A stretch of DNA of 64,000 bases from the NCBI GenBank assembly GCA_051294375.1, contig CM119270.1:6689279-6753278 (forward strand). The letters run 5' to 3'. The notes under the pieces are model-generated. The model was not told the origin of the DNA. It ran no database searches and worked only from the letters and a program-made list of their open reading frames with translations. Positions 1 to 12,644 of the stretch are shown here, piece by piece. This DNA is from Paraspadella gotoi (lineage: Eukaryota > Animalia > Chaetognatha). The position numbers were made by a program, and so were the translations under genes. The first letter of the stretch is position 1, and each line of letters opens with the position of its first letter.

Positions 1-28
1 TTTGTCTATTTTTACTTAATCTTGGCAG

Positions 29-402
29 AAAAACCCAAGGAGGTTTTCTACTTCGTCAAAGCTTCGGCAATGAATGTGAACAAAAACAACGTGGTGAACG
101 AAAACGACAATCGGCAGAAGGTGAAGGGAGAGTCGGAGAAAAGAGGAGTCTTATTTTGCCTTCGCTTATATTTTCTTCTTTACCCAGATCGCCCCCGATC
201 CGTCACTGGACGACGTCGTCAAAGTCATCATCGATCCGCGCGCCCAACTTAACACGGCGCCACGCCCAATGGTTCACGTGAAGACCCCGGATTTGATCCC
301 GGCCAAGCAGTATCGTAACGTTCACTACGTGATGGAACCCGTGGAGAAAAAGAAGGTGAGAGAGAGAGAGAGAGAGANNNNNNNNNNNNNNNNNNNNNNN
401 NN

Positions 403-459
<57 letters not shown>

Positions 460-720
460 GAGAGAGAGAAAGAGGTATAAAAATGAAAATTTATTAATTC
501 GTAGTAGGTCAAAAGAGGTAGGAAAATTTATATTTAATATCTTCAACTTTGATATTTTAAACCACAATTTTGTCGCTTTTCTTTTCAGCTTCTCGGACTC
601 AAAGATCCGAAGGTAAATTGAGAACTAATTTATTGATTGAACAAACGTATATTTACTAGACTTTCTTTTTTACAAAGACTTCTATTTTCGCCTTGTCCTA
701 TATGGTCCGCTGAACTACCC

Positions 721-801
<81 letters not shown>

Positions 802-1012
802 GCCAGCCCCCCTCCCCTTGTTTCTTGCCCTTTTTTTTTAACTAACTTATACTTACGCAGCACCCAACCCTTCTAGGACGAGGAGGACGTCCACTGGAGT
901 GGCTGGGTCCCTTCATCATCGCCTTCCTTCTCGGCCTTTGGTGTCTCCTCCCTTCATCATTGGGCGGAAGCCTTACAGATACGGACCCAAGACGCCCAAG
1001 CCCAAAGCTCAG
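29..1012 (+). CDS. Orphan spliced gene A (exons 29-120, 188-355, 589-612, 861-1012 or beyond), possible single hydrophobic segment
   Basis: cag/GT junctions flank GC-richer segments; exons of 168 and 24 nt keep phase 0. Reads KPKEVFYFVKASAM..RQK|IAPDPSLDDVVKVIIDP..PVEKKK|LLGLKDPK|HPTLLGRGGRPLEWLGPFIIAFLLGLWCLLPSSLGG. The last acceptor (861 vs 877) and the 3' end are ambiguous. Confidence 0.55.
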
Positions 1013-1827
1013 GTCTGGCATTTGGATGGGATGGAAAAGGATGGGAGTGGAGTGGAAAAGGTGGGAAGAGGAAAGGAGTCGGAAAGCTTGGAAGTGGAAA
1101 AAGTGGGAAGTGGAAGGGGGTTTAAATGGTGGGGAGTGGAACAGGCGGTGAGTGGAAAAGGTTGGAATGGAAGGGAGTCGATAGGGTGGGGGAGTGGAAA
1201 AGTAGAAAGGGGAAGGGTTAAGTTTAGAGGAGGAGCAAAGTATTCTATTGGCTAGTGGTATTCCTTGTCAGAGCAAGTCAATTTAATTACACAAAGCATA
1301 AAAAAAAATGTAAAGACAATGACGTGCTAACGTTTGATATGACAACTTTTTTGAATTCGAGCCCTCCCAAGTCTTCATAGGATCATTTCGGTGTTCTTCA
1401 TCTTGTCCAGGTGCCTTGTCCCAGATGCCTTGTCGGTCAGAATCACTCTTGGTCCATCTCGTTTGTCTGCGAAATCGATCATTGTCCATTCGAATCTCAC
1501 TCCGCCCTTTCCTCTCATCCTTTTGTTGATTCCTTCTTTTCCTTTTTTTTTTTCACTCGACGAATCAAGGGAGAAAATCACCGTCATTTGTAGTCGAAGG
1601 CAACAACGATTTTTCGGCTCACAAAGTCGAGAGAGTCGTCGTCGTTGTTGTAGTTGTTGTTGTTGTTGTAGAAAGCAAAAAAAATGTCTGTCACAATGTG
1701 TTGTTGTTTTTATATTCATTTTAAATTTTAGTCTAATCTCGCCTAATGTTTTAAAACGAGTAATTTTGTAATTTTTCGTAGCTTAAGTACAGTAACGCTT
1801 CGTCACTCAACCATATAACTCGCACGT

Positions 1828-2504
1828 TTATTTAAAAATAAACATTTTCCCGTTGGATTCGATCCTGATAATCTTTGAGTCGAAGACCGCCATCAAGGCG
1901 GCAATGGCGGCATCGTCGGAGCATCGGGTTCGTCGTCGGGCGGCGGCGGCGGCGGCGGCTGCGGCTGCGGCTACGGCGGCGGCGGCTGCGGCTACGGCGG
2001 CGGCGTCGTCCCAGTCTCGGAGATTCGGAGAAATTGACCCCAAGGCCCCATTAGTAAAGTCCGACAACCTTGGAACAAGAGAGGGGGAGCGAGGAGTAGA
2101 GTAGGGGTGGTCGTCGGGGTCTGTTAATTGTTTGGGGGGGGCCGGTGTGGCTGGGTGGGGAGTAATTCTCTTTCGGCGATGATGACTTGTTTTCCGGTTT
2201 TAATGAACCGGTCGAGAAAGAAAGGGAGGAAGGAGGAAAACGAGGAAAACGAGGAGTAAGGAGGAAAAGGAGAAAAAGGAAAAGGAGGAGGAACGTAGGA
2301 AGAGAAGGAAAAGGAGGAGGAAAAGGAGAGGAAAAGGAGGAGGAAGGATATTGAGAAAAGATGTGAGGTAGTTAATAAGGAGAGAAGGATGGGGAGAGGC
2401 ACAGGGAAGTCTGTGTATTTGAATAGAATTAGAACGATTATGGAAGAAAAGAGGAGAAGGAAGAAGATAAAGTGAGAGAGAGAGAGAGAGATAGAGAGTG
2501 AGGG

Positions 2505-2575
<71 letters not shown>

Positions 2576-3117
2576 GAACTTTTCTCTCTCTCTTTTTTTT
2601 TTTTTGTAAATTTATTCCTAGGTACTTTTTCTCTTGTTTACGATCGGCCTCTGCAGTCGCGCCGTAATTTGACTTTTAAGCGAGAGTGAGATCCGCGACT
2701 TGGATTCGAGATTATCAAGCATACTCTTTTTTTTTTTAAGTGTGCTGGCATACAGAGTCCCTTTTTAGTCTGGCCAATGGCAATCATGCAATCCGAACGT
2801 GAACGATGTCGAGAGTGAGATCGTGAATCGCCGTTTGAGAGAGAAAGCTTCGAAAGCCGCGTCGCTTATGGAATTCGTCCGGCGAGGCCCAGTTTCTCCT
2901 CGCTTGGCACAGTGTGTTTCCGACACGGAGTCTCTGGCCAGTGCTGTCTTATTTTTTCTTTTGCGCCTCGCGAATTAGAATTCGAGTCGATGAGATCGAG
3001 TTCGTCGAAAACTCGTGGTTTCGCTAATTCGCCTCTCAGAGTGTTTTTTCTTTTTTTTTTCCTTTTTTTTTTACGTCGCGCGTTTGTTCTTCTTCGCGAA
3101 TTTGCATATAAATTGAG
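1828..3117 (-). CDS. Orphan gene B: Pro/Phe-rich, poly-Ala terminal exon (1828-2410) plus an upstream Arg/Lys-rich exon (~2642-3117)
   Basis: Acceptor acacag at 2411-2416. The consensus of three copies reads LPCASPHPSLL..PPPFPPPFP..DWDDAAAVAAAAAA..DDEPDAPDDAAIAALMAVFDSKIIRIESNGKMFIFK*, and AATAAA overlaps the stop. Individual copies carry different frameshifts. Confidence 0.5.
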
Positions 3118-3156
3118 CTAAAAGAAGTGAATTTTTGTCTTCTTCATCCGATGTTT

Positions 3157-3248
<92 letters not shown>

Positions 3249-4440
3249 ACACTATTTCATTTTAATTTCACGATCCATTTAACGAAGAGGGGGGAGAAAT
3301 AAGGAATTGAACTAAATAAACTAAAAAAAATAAAAAAATAGGAAAACAAAAACAAGGAATAAACAAGCGGACGAGAGAAGGACTAAGAAAAAAAAAACCT
3401 AAAAAAAAAGAAAGAAAAAGACTGAGATTCTGTTTCCTCGCCTCAGATTTTAAGCCTTGAATCCTTGGGAGTCTTTTTTGCTTCATTTAACCTCATCTAA
3501 TTAAGGGCGGGGAAAAAAACGCTCAAAGGAATTGCTTCTTTATTGCAACTGGCCGTTGCTTGCTTGGTTCGCTGCAACATTGCTTTTCTTTTCTCTCTTT
3601 TGCGTTGCTGCTTGCTTGGGTCGTTGTTTCCCGAGATTTTTATCAGTTTTTGAAATTGTTATCTTGAGCTGGAATTCGAAAGAGATTTGTCAAATTAATT
3701 CTATTTAAAAAGTTCTTAGGAAAAAAAAATCTAATTAAAATCAAACCGTACGATATTTTTATTTAAGATTTCCATTTTTTATTTTTTTTATTTTTTTAAA
3801 ACTTTTAGTTTTTTTAAACTTTTTCGATTAAAGAAAAAGAAAAGGTAAAACGTAACATTCATAGCAAGAGTTGAACCAAAGGCACACCTAGGATTATTAA
3901 AACCACTGAAGATAACCTGGAGATATGGACGATAAACGAATCTAAAGTCAGTAAATCTTGAATGAAAAAAATTAATTTATTCTGGCAAACCGATCTAGTT
4001 AGACTTTCAGAGAGAAATCAAAATTTAAACCATTAGCAAGGGATAACAAGCTTATTGCCTTCCGCTTTATTGCCTTCCGTTTTTTTTTTTTTGTTTGTTT
4101 ATTTCGTTTCTTTACAAAATTTTAGGCAGCTTTTTGCCGTCAGATTGACATCCGCTTCCCGACTTTTAAGTTGGTCATTATTTTCATCGATTCTGTGCTT
4201 AAAATATTTTATAGTTGATAGGATGATGAGAAAATTGGGATAAAATTGTTGATTCATTGAGTTTTTTGTATTACTCTAACTGTGAAATGAATATTTAACT
4301 AGTTTTAAAAGTAAAGAATAACTTTTAATCTAGGAAAAATTAGTAAGGTATTTTTCTCGTTTATTATAAATCATAGGCTCAGCTCTTTCGATTAAAAACT
4401 TGTCCCACTGATTTTGCCTAAAAATTAATTTACATATTTC

Positions 4441-4580
4441 CTCTCCCACTACCCTCCTTCCCATTCCCTCCCGTTCTCCACTACCCTCCTTCCCATTCCC
4501 TCCCGTTCTCCCTCTACCCTCTTTCCCATTCCCTCCCGTTCTCCCACTACCTCTTTCCCATTCCTCCCGCTCTCCCTCTC
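4441..4580 (+). repeat. ~33-bp pyrimidine minisatellite (CCCATTCCCTCCCGTTCTCCCACTACCCTCTTT, ~4 copies; also 21387-21530)
   Basis: Direct tandem units are visible immediately upstream of the gene C terminal-exon acceptor. Confidence 0.85.
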
Positions 4581-4596
4581 CCCCTGGAATCCCTAG

Positions 4597-5049
4597 TCGG
4601 AGGGCCTCACCGGCCGACCCTTCGACACCCGCTGCCCAAGCGCGCACGAGATCCCGAGGCCCGAAAATTCACATGGGCCGACCCCAGAAGGATTACCTCA
4701 CTTCCTGGTCCGAATTAGAGAAGCGCTGGAATCGCCCGCAAGGCACGCAGCTCAGGAGCACCTCGGTCCCGCGGCGGCGGCTGCGACCGCCGCCGCCACT
4801 CTGCGCGAGAAGGAGAAGGAGGCGGAAAAGAAAGGAAGCAGCAAGCGGGCGGCCTCCGGACAAGAAACAAAGAAGGATTCCACGGTGCAATCTGAGAGGA
4901 GAGGCCGGTCACGCCACCGGAAACGCGGGTCTCACTCAGTACGAACCCATGGAGTACGGAAGCGCGAATGGGACGGGAAAGTAAAGATGAGGAGATTGGC
5001 GCCGAAGCCGTTGGGGGAGGGGGCGTGCAAGGAGAAGAAGAAGAAGTGA
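4597..5049 (+). CDS. Gene C terminal exon, copy A (frameshifted relative to copy B)
   Basis: Homologous to 21545-21991; 1-bp indels break the frame. Confidence 0.4.
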   Translation, partial: SEGLTGRPFDTRCPSAHEIPRPENSHGPTPEGLPHFLVRIREALESPARHAAQEHLGPAAAAATAAATLREKEKEAEKKGSSKRAASGQETKKDSTVQSERRGRSRHRKRGSHSVRTHGVRKREWDGKVKMRRLAPKPLGEGACKEKKKK

Positions 5050-5471
5050 AGGGAGGATAGAGAGGAGTGAGAGAAGGGAAGAGATTATCATAGAGAAGGA
5101 AAGACAAATAAAAAATAGAAAATATTAAAAGCAGATGAGAGAAAAGAGGAGAAGAAATCTTCTGAGATACTCGTACAATCAACCAATTTGTAATTTTTTT
5201 TTCTCTCTTTTTTTGCTAAAATTTTTGAGTAAAATAGAAAACGCGGTTTTCGATATATCGTTTTCTTTTTTCTTTTTCCTGTTTAGTTAGTTTGACTTAT
5301 GCTTACAAGTACAATAAAAGATAATAAAGCAATCTGGATTTTTTTCTATTAAAAAAAAATGACTTTATTTAATTTTTTTTGCAACATGTAAGAATCATTG
5401 ATACGTATCGTGTAAAAATATATATATCTTTGACCCAATGGATCGTCGACGTTTTCCCCCGGCGACGCGCC

Positions 5472-7353
5472 TCAGTGAAACCGTTCCAAGTAGACGTATA
5501 AAAACAGGACATGACGAACGCGGCGCAGAGAGTTCCACCTCTTTGGAAGCGAAAATCCCGGCCGCTTTCTGGGCGGCTCTTCGGCGGCCTCCTCGCGGGT
5601 GGGGGAACGCACTTCGGGTGTTGGGCTTTCGAACTGCTCGATCGCTGAGGCGGTTAATCTTTGAGACTGGGAGGACAGAAGGAGGAAAGAAAGAGGGAAA
5701 GCGATGAGGAAAATAATTGATTCGAGTAAATAATGACCTGAACATTTTCCTATCAAATTGAGCAAATCTAAATTTGAAAAAAAAAAAATTTAAATTTTAT
5801 TTAAATTTAAAAATGACGATTGTATAAATTGTAATTAATTTTTGATTGCCCAGATTATAGAGAAATTAAAAATTACAATTATAATTAATAACACAACATC
5901 TCTTATTTTCCATCCACCCCGACGTCGCCAGGAATAACACCAACGACAATAGCTCACTTCAAAAAGCGTATTCGTCTCTAAGATATTCGTGACGCGCTCC
6001 CAGGTGCTGTGATGGCCATTGACGGAGAGGGAAGCGACAGGACTTCGTTGGGGGCGCGCTCGGTCGCGGGATCATCAAGCCAAAAGAGCACAACAAAGAG
6101 TTTAAAAGACCTGAATAGATGATCAAATCGTTGATTGATGATTATGACAAAGATGATTTTTCAATGTTTTTTCTTTTAATATACTTTTTATTTTTCGTTT
6201 TCGTCTTCTTCTTTCCTTATGATGGTTCTTTCTTTCTTATCTTATCTTTCTTTTCGTCTTCTTTCTTTTCTTCTCTTTCTTTCTTTCTTTTCTTCTTTCT
6301 TTCTTTTTTTTGTCCGGCCCTTTCCCCCAGTTTTTTTTTAATTTTTTTTCGTCTCCTTCGCACCTGACTGAAAATGGCATCAACATATAGGTCAGAAAAG
6401 TCAAAGGGGTCCATTATCTCAGTGAGAGACGAGGGATTAAAAACGCGATCCCAGTATCCGACGCCCACCATGGTCGAACGTCTCCGCGCTGCGTCGGCCG
6501 ACTGATGGAGGTGGTAAGAGAGTAAGTTATTCAGGTAGGTCATTTTACAAAGGGAAAATGCGAAAGACCTAAAGAAAAATTAGAAAGAAAAACTCATTTG
6601 CTAAGATGTTTAAAATGGCAAAAGGATTGGCAAAAAAAAATGAAAATCGACGATTTTAAAAAAATAAAGAGTGGCTAAAATGCCTATCCAACATTAAACA
6701 CAAAGTCGTTCTATCCAATACGTCTTTAAAAAAACCTTAACTCAGACTTTCTGTGTCGATAATGGACTTACTCTAAAAAATTTGCACTCGTTCCGTAGAT
6801 GGGTAGAGAATTCCAATAATGTTACAACTTCGGTCAGCTGTATGACACAAAAAAAAAAGCGAATGTAAAAAATTTTAAAAATATGGTTAGGAATACCCCG
6901 TTTCAAACAATTATACACGTTTTACGCTAAAACGTCTTTGTATCTTTCCTCATTTATGCGTTCTTAATGTAAAAAAAAAAGACCCAAACTTTTTTTCTCA
7001 TAATTTTCTTTTTTTCGATCCGATATTCTCCATTCTCACTTCTACTCTTCTCTCTTCTCTCTCTCTCTCTCTCATCTTCTCTCCTCTCTCTCCTCTCTCT
7101 CTCTCGCCATCTCCTCTTATCACCGAGGCACGGAGATCTCCCATAATGCCACTTGAGGACAATGACGATAGTACATGATGATCAACTGGTCATGGTTTCC
7201 CGCGGAAACCCTGTAGATTGGCTTCGAGTCCGGTCGTAACATAAGGGCCGACACAAACCCGTGGTTGGTGCCACCGTCTGTAAGGTCTCATTAATATCAG
7301 TCTTACTTTTTTTGAAATTGCCGCAGTACATGACTCTTTTTTATCAAAGCCAT
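5472..7353 (-). pseudogene. Frameshift-ridden second copy of the REEP/DP1-like gene (probably an error-containing duplicate rather than a true pseudogene)
   Basis: Colinear with 22421-24151 (GGATACTGGGATCGCG, CTCTACCCATCTACGG and GTCTTTTAAACTC on the minus strand) but with many short insertions. Confidence 0.6.
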
Positions 7354-8160
7354 GAGTACCAGCGAACCACGACTCAATAATATAGGCAAACAATCCTGAT
7401 ATTAGTAATCAATAAATAATAAAATAGTGAGATCGAGCGACCAGCTTTCCAAATCGTTTTCTTAAATCTTCGCTTTTCATGGACGAATATTTTTCAAACC
7501 TTGAAAAAATCTGAATCGGTATCCGAAATAAGACACGTTCGATAGCTGACAAAATGTAATTTTTGTCTGAGAAATTTCAAATTTCCGCTGAAGGGCAAAA
7601 GATTTGTTATTTATTTACTTAAATGTAACTTTCCTTTCTTTATTCATTTTTCCCCCTTCTTCCTTGTTTATCCTTTCTTTCTTTCTTTCTTTCTTTCTTT
7701 TACTTCGTCTTCTTCTCTTCATTTCTTTCTTTCTTTGACCGTTCTTCTTTTCAAATTTTTTCCGGCTCTGACCCTTGAAAAACCGCGCCCCAATTGTAGG
7801 CAAGCGGCGGATAAACCAATGGACGTCCCGCCTCTCGGTTCTTCTCCAGGAAGCCATTCGTTTTTCTCGCCAAAATAAAACAATAAAAAAGATAAAAAAA
7901 AATAAGGTCCTGGGATTATCCATAATCCCTGGAAGGCCTCAGTTATTGAGAAATTTACCTTCTCTTCAATAATATTTTAGCAACGAATTCATAAACTTTA
8001 GAAAATGGAGTTCTTATCATTCATAAACCCTCTGTTTTAAGATTTATCATTTTTATCCATCTGCGTTCGTTTTAAGTATTAACTATTATGTTACGTAGAA
8101 AACGTAAAATAAGTTTATTATTGCTTTCCAACAACGGACGTCTCTCTCTCTCTCTCATCT

Positions 8161-8236
<76 letters not shown>

Positions 8237-8242
8237 AAAGAT

Positions 8243-8306
8243 TGTCGGCATTTCACATTTGATTTACTCCGCTGATGAAGGCTTAAAATTTATACCGAAA
8301 CAAATT
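8243..8306 (+). ncRNA. Hammerhead-ribozyme-like core (Penelope-type), degenerate; copy A
   Basis: CTGATGA (8272-8278), then A-GGCT..ACC, then GAAAC (8297-8301). The copy at 25032-25062 is cleaner. Confidence 0.3.
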
Positions 8307-9504
8307 TAAGAAAAAATGTCATTGTTGTAACACAAATAATTCAACTTTTTTACCTTTTTTAATTTCAGCGCAACGCAAAAAAATAATCAAAACATGTCAT
8401 AGTTTATGTACTAAAATACTAAAATGTTAAAATAAAAAAGTCCTGATCCCTAAAAACCATGAAAACCTAACCGCCTGATAGACTGCTGAAGTCGCTGCTG
8501 TTGCTGGCCCTGCGGACTTCCGGCGTTGCACGTCTCATCGTATTTTTTCATCCATTACCTCTTTAGAGCTTCTCGGAAAATTTTACAGGTTCCTTTGATT
8601 CATCGATACGAATCTAAACTGTTTTTAGATAAGGAAACACAATGACCTTAAGTTTATCAGCGCTATATTTTATCGTTTAAATGAAAAAAAATTATTTCTT
8701 TTAAAATATCAAAAATCGATTTCTCCTAGTGTAAAGACTATTTATTTATACATTAAAATTTTTTTTTTTTACATGTATTGAAAACTTACTGTAAAACCTT
8801 TTTAATTTCATTGATGCTTTTTTTTTGAAACATTTTGAATTACTTTAATAAATATGGATGTTTGCAAATGCACGTCTCAGTATGATACGTCTAGGATATT
8901 AACTTATTTGTCACGTGTAAATCTTGGTACAAGCTCGACTTTATTTTTTGTTACTTCACCGGTTGAAGCATGGCGGCACCATTTGACGGATCTAGACTCT
9001 GAGAACCGCCAGAGATCTTATGCAGGCCATGGTCTTCGAAAAAGGCCGGCCCCTGACGAGCCTGATTAATTTGAGTCAAGATTTTTTCCGTAGTTGATCC
9101 GCGAATGAGCAATGAGACGGATCAGTAGCTTCCCCATCTTTAGATTAATCTGGTAACTTCGGAGTCAGTTCGTGGTTGACTCCGCAAGGGAGTCAGAGTT
9201 GGTTTAGTAGAAGGGCTGCTTCTACATAATGACTTTTTTTTTCCCTCTGAAGCCGCGGACGTTTTGGACCGCCCCTCTCGGGCGGAGCGCTGGGGTTCAA
9301 GAGGATATTTGGCTTCATCGGCGGGCATTTCGCAACAACATTTCGGTACTTTTATGTATAGTTTCCAATCTGTTGACAAAGATGAATTCATACAAGCATT
9401 TCTAACAAGGGGTCAAAATATTCGCAAACCCTAAAAAAAAGGTAAAATATTTTTAAATAAACCTTTTTTTGACAATATAAATTTTTTAATTGATTATGAG
9501 GCAA

Positions 9505-9719
9505 CTACGACCGAGTCTTCTCTTTCGTCTTTTAAATTGATAGAGACCGTAATATATTGTTATGTGTTAAGCTGAACTTCAGAACCGTTCAATATGCAAG
9601 TCCCTGAGCTCGGATCAGGCGCTAACACCATAGTTTACAGCGCGGGTTAAGCGCCCCGTCCCTCTAAACTGCTAGGCGGCCACTGGGCTAGGCGGCCACC
9701 AGGGCGACAGACTTGCCTC
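9505..9719 (-). mobile_element. Partial noisy copy of the tRNA-head/hairpin element
   Basis: Matches 26236-26436 and the reverse complement of 32385-32540. Confidence 0.7.
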
Positions 9720-9733
9720 ATCTCTCTTCTTGT

Positions 9734-11732
9734 GAAAATTTATTAATTCGTAGTAGGTCAAAAGAGGTAGGAAAATTTATATTTAATATCTTCAACTTTG
9801 ATATTTTAAACCACAATTTTGTCGCTTTTCTTTTCAGCTTCTCGGACTCAAAGATCCGAAGGTAAATTGAGAACTAATAAGGTTTGATTGATTGGGCATA
9901 ATNNNNNNNNNNNNNNNNNNNNNNNNNNNNNNNNNNNNNNNNNNNNNNNNNNNNNNNNNNNNNNNNNNNNNNNNNNNNNNNNNNNNNNNNNNNNNNNNNN
10001 NNNNNNNNNNNNNNNNNNNNNNNNNNNNNNNNNNNNNNNNNNNNNNNNNNNNNNNNNNNNNNNNNNNNNNNNNNNNNNNNNNNNNNNNNNNNNNNNNNNN
10101 TTTTTTAACTAACTTATACTAACGCAGCCACCCAACCCTTCTAGGACGAGGAGGACGTCCACTGGAGGTGGCTGGGTCCCTTCATCATCGCCTTCCTTCT
10201 CGGCCTTTGGTGTCTCCTCCCCTTCATCATTGGGCGGAAGCCTTACAGATACGGACCCAAGACGCCCAAGCCCAAAGCTCAGGTCTGCATTTGGATGGGA
10301 TGGAAAAGGATGGGAGAGGGAGTGGAAAAGGTGGGAAGAGGAAAGGAGTCGGAAAGCTTGGAAGTGGAAAAAGTGGGAAGTGGAAGGGGGTTTAAATGGT
10401 GGGGAGTGGAACAGGCGGTGAGTGGAAAAGGTTGGAAATGGAAGGGAGTCGATAGGGTGGGGGAGTGGAAAAGGTAGAAAGGGGAAGGGGTTAAGTTTAG
10501 AGGGAGGAGCAAAGTATTCTATTGGCTAGTGGTATTCCTTGTCAGAGCAAGTCAATTTAATTACACTAAAGCATAAAAAAAATGTAAAGACAATGACGTG
10601 CTACGTTTTGATATGACAACTTTTTTGAATTCGAGCCCTCCCAAGTCCTTCATAGGATCATTTCGGTGTTCTTCATCCTTGTCCCAGGTGCCTTGTCCCA
10701 GATGCCTTGTCGGTCAGAATCACTCATTGTCCATCTCGTTTGTCCTGCGAAATCGATCATTGTCCATTCGAATCTCACTCCGCCCTTTCCTCTCATCCTT
10801 TTGTGATTCCTTCTTTTCCTTTTTTTTTTTCACTCGACGAATCAAGGGAGAAAATCACCGTCATTTGTAGTCGAAGGCAACAACGATTTTCGGCTCACAA
10901 AGTCGAGAGAGTCGTCGTCGTTGTTGTAGTTGTTGTTGTTGTTGTAGAAAGCAAAAAAAATGTCTGTAACAATGTGTAGTTTGAAACAAGTTTTTATATT
11001 CATTTTAAATTTTAGTCTAATCTAGCCTAATGTTTTAAAACGAGTAATTTTGTAATTTTTCGTAGCTTAAGTACAGTAACGCTTCGTCACTCAACCATAT
11101 AACTAGCAACGTTTATTTAAAAATAAACATTTTCCCGTTGGATTCGATCCTGATAATCTTTGAGTCGAAGACCGCCATCAAGGCGGCAATGGCGGCATCG
11201 TCGGGAGCATCGGGTTCGTCGTCGGCGGCGGCGGCGCGGCGGCGGCTGCGGCTGCGGCTACGGCGGCGGCGGCTGCGGCTACGGCGGCGGCGTCGTCCAG
11301 TCTCGGAGATTCGGAGAAATTGACCCCAAGGCCCCATTAGTAAAGTCCGACAACCTTGGAACAAGAGAGGGGGAGCGAGGAGTAGAGTAGGGGGTGGTCG
11401 TCCGGGTCTGTTAATTGTTTGGGGGGGGCCGGGTGGTGGCTTGGGAGGGGAGTAATCTCTTTTCGGCGAATGATGACTTGTTTTCCGGGTTTTAATGAAC
11501 CGGTCGAGAAAGAAAGGGAGGAAGGAGGAAAACGAGGAAAACGAGGAGTAAGGAGGAAAAGGAGAAAAAGGAAAAGGAGGAGGAAACGTAGGAAGAGAAG
11601 GAAAAGGAGGAGGAAAAGGAGGAGGAAAAGGAGGAGGAAGGATATTGAGAAAAGATGTGAGGTAGTTAATAAGGAGAGAAGGATGGGGAGAGGCACAGGG
11701 AAGTCTGTGTATTTTGAATAGAATTAGAACGA
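9734..11732 (+). repeat. Partial third copy of the block (matches 484-628 and 835-2437)
   Basis: Abrupt jump at 9720-9733 back to TGAAAATTTATTAATTCG. Contains an N gap and ends at a 25-N gap. Confidence 0.92.
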
Positions 11733-12644
11733 NNNNNNNNNNNNNNNNNNNNNNNNNTTTCAAATTATTCTTTGATGCGACTCTTTATCATGAAACGGTG
11801 GAACTTCAGACCCAGATATTCGCATTTTTAGCTGCTCGCCACTGCGATATAATAACAATAAAACAAATATTTACATGATTAAGAAAAAAAGTTCTGAAAA
11901 TAATTCTGAAGTTTCCAATTTTGTAAATTCAGTCGATCTTTTTTTAACAACCCTCTCGTGCCATAAATAACGGGTCCTGAGCTTGTAACTAGGCTTAAGG
12001 GTTTTTCATGCCCAAACTTGTCCTCAGTCTCACACTTACATGCTAAATGCTTATAGGCGGTTTGAACTATGTAATCAATTACAGTTGTTATGATTGTTAC
12101 TAAATTTTTTTCCCTTCAAGCAAGTCTGGACAGGAAGTATCTACAAAAAAGTAAGCTCACCTTAATAAGAGTCAGAGTCAAGTCTGATATCACTAAAAGA
12201 AGCAAATTATCATCTATAATAGAATGTAATTATTTTTGATAAAAACTTTTTATCTGCAACTGTTGGTCCACATCCTCCAACAAATTGAGAATGCCCCCAC
12301 AGAGCCTTCTGGGGATTGGTGCTTATAAAATCATGATTGGAATATAAACCTAGGGTTTTATCACTAATAAAGCGGATTTTTGATGCCATAACTTTTATTT
12401 TTTTATTTCTGTGCGTGTTTAAAAAAATTTTTTTTCAAAAATTTTCTATAAACAGGATATCTTAAAAAGTATTAGGTCAATCAAGATGAAATTTATCGTG
12501 TATTGTAATTATCAATGCTCTATTAATTAAACCTATAGCAAATAATATAAATAAATATTTTGTATATAATTTTATTTTTAAAAGAATCTGTTCAGGAATT
12601 ATCCTCCAGGATGTAGGCACACCAATTTTTTAAAAAGATGTTAT

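Larger units (their letters stand above)
1..9719 (+). repeat. Copy A of a ~9.7-kb duplicated block (copy B at 17007-26436)
   Basis: Colinear with 17007-26436 from TTTGTCTATTTTTACTT to GACTTGCCTC. Differences are mostly 1-bp indels and increase after ~5.4 kb. Confidence 0.95.
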